DNA from: an uncultured Planctomycetaceae bacterium | GTDB taxonomy: Bacteria > Planctomycetota > Planctomycetia > Isosphaerales > Isosphaeraceae | Assembly (NCBI GenBank): GCA_963833985.1 | Contig: CAWIAD010000002.1 | Span: forward strand, 3,456,001 to 3,520,000 | Length of the DNA stretch: 64,000 bases | Direction: 5' to 3' | Shown here: one piece after another, positions 63,039-64,000 of the stretch | Position numbering within the stretch: the first letter of the stretch is position 1 | Layout: each line of letters begins with the position of its first letter | The notes under the pieces: model-generated | Database searches by the model: none | What the model saw: only the letters and a program-made list of their open reading frames with translations | What the model was told of the DNA's origin: nothing | Translations under genes and position numbers: made by a program

Positions 63039-64000
63039 CGCGCGATCCACTCCACCCGTTCGGCCGGATCATAGCGGATGTACGCCGTCCGCTCGAAGAA
63101 CGTCACACCCCAGTCGCAGGCCACCTTCCACGCCTTCGCATCCATGCCGAACCGCGCCGCGCACCGGGCTGGGTCGAGCTTCGGTGCCGGTGTGGCATCG
63201 GGCCAGCCGAACGCCCCACGCTGCTTCAGTGATTCGAGAATCGCTTGTGCCAGTGCCGCGTGGCCGCGCACGCTGGGGTGCATCGCGTCCAGAAAGAGCG
63301 TGTCGCCGGGAATGCCGCTGGGGCTCGCGGCCTCGAGCACGGCCTGGCCGTCGACCAGGATCGCTTGCGGATGACGCGCGGCCACCTCGCGATAGACGTC
63401 CTGGAAGTCGCCCGGGCAGCGCATCGGCAGACCGTCATGGTCCCTGGCCGCGCGGAAGTGCCGGCCGGCTTCGGCAAGCTCTCCGCTCTGTTCGAGGAGG
63501 CGGCCAAGACGGTAATGCGCCTCCGCAAAACCAGGCTGGTCGGCGAGCAGCTCCCGGTAGAGGCCGACCGCCCCGGAGGGATCGGTTTGCTCGGCGCCGC
63601 GCACGGCGAGGAACCTCCGGGTGAACGCCTCGCGCCCGGCCTTCGCGGTTGCGGCGGGCAGGCAGGAGCGATTGGGCTCGAACCCCGCGTCGTTGCCCGG
63701 GGGAATGAGCAGCACGGCGAGCGTGCCGATCTGCTCGCAGTGTGCCACGATCGCCTCCAGCCGGCGCTGGAATTCGTGGAGCTGGAAGGCGTACTCCTCG
63801 GGCGTGACGGCCGGCACGTCGACGAGCTGCCGCGTGACCTCCGGCGGCGGTGGTTCGCCCAGCCCGTTGGCCTCGATGGCGTCCTGAATCAGACCGCAAA
63901 GCGGCGAACAGCTGCCCGCGAGCCTGCGCAGGATCTTCCGCGGCCGCGAGGGAATCTCATCCAGGTAATGATCCACCGAACGAGACCAGCGGTAGCGGTA
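62897..64000 (-). CDS. SGNH-hydrolase-like / TPR protein, 5' end outside the window
   Basis: TPR (PGFAEAHYRLGRLL), ARDHD..PMR, LFLDAMHPSVRGH (DxxH). Confidence 0.75.
   Translation of the reverse strand, partial: YRYRWSRSVDHYLDEIPSRPRKILRRLAGSCSPLCGLIQDAIEANGLGEPPPPEVTRQLVDVPAVTPEEYAFQLHEFQRRLEAIVAHCEQIGTLAVLLIPPGNDAGFEPNRSCLPAATAKAGREAFTRRFLAVRGAEQTDPSGAVGLYRELLADQPGFAEAHYRLGRLLEQSGELAEAGRHFRAARDHDGLPMRCPGDFQDVYREVAARHPQAILVDGQAVLEAASPSGIPGDTLFLDAMHPSVRGHAALAQAILESLKQRGAFGWPDATPAPKLDPARCAARFGMDAKAWKVACDWGVTFFERTAYIRYDPAERVEWIARYRRGGTAIAGGLDPDAAGLPGIGVRAASSAADRLHTSMAPNRASKR

Overview
High-GC window, most likely from a Planctomycetota (Isosphaeraceae-like) genome. This is inferred from the PVC-type L28 insert GKAKYLGGVG, a planctomycete-type export motif (LEWLETRQLLS) and a C30-carotenoid-type cluster. 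It carries housekeeping genes (acs, rpmB, rpmF, ppa, purC, aroC, recA, thpR, aat, gltX), a carotenoid-modification cluster, a MacB-like ABC pair, FHA proteins, a pair of CHAT proteases and two tandem membrane glycosyltransferase-like paralogs. The most striking region is 48.2-59.2 kb, an Hsp70 / Hsp70-vWA / FHA / FHA / vWA operon. Its first gene junction holds a ~3.8 kb co-oriented array of MNT-HEPN, Uma2 and HNH cargo (intact genes and remnants), punctuated by two extra copies of the first 133 bp of the downstream hsp70-vWA gene. An IS1182-like element sits exactly in the 3-nt loop of a REP/REPIN-like palindrome. All 11 frameshifts I found (including one in essential gltX) fall at or next to GCGC, which suggests modification-linked long-read errors rather than real pseudogenes. 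No tRNA, rRNA or CRISPR array was recognised.
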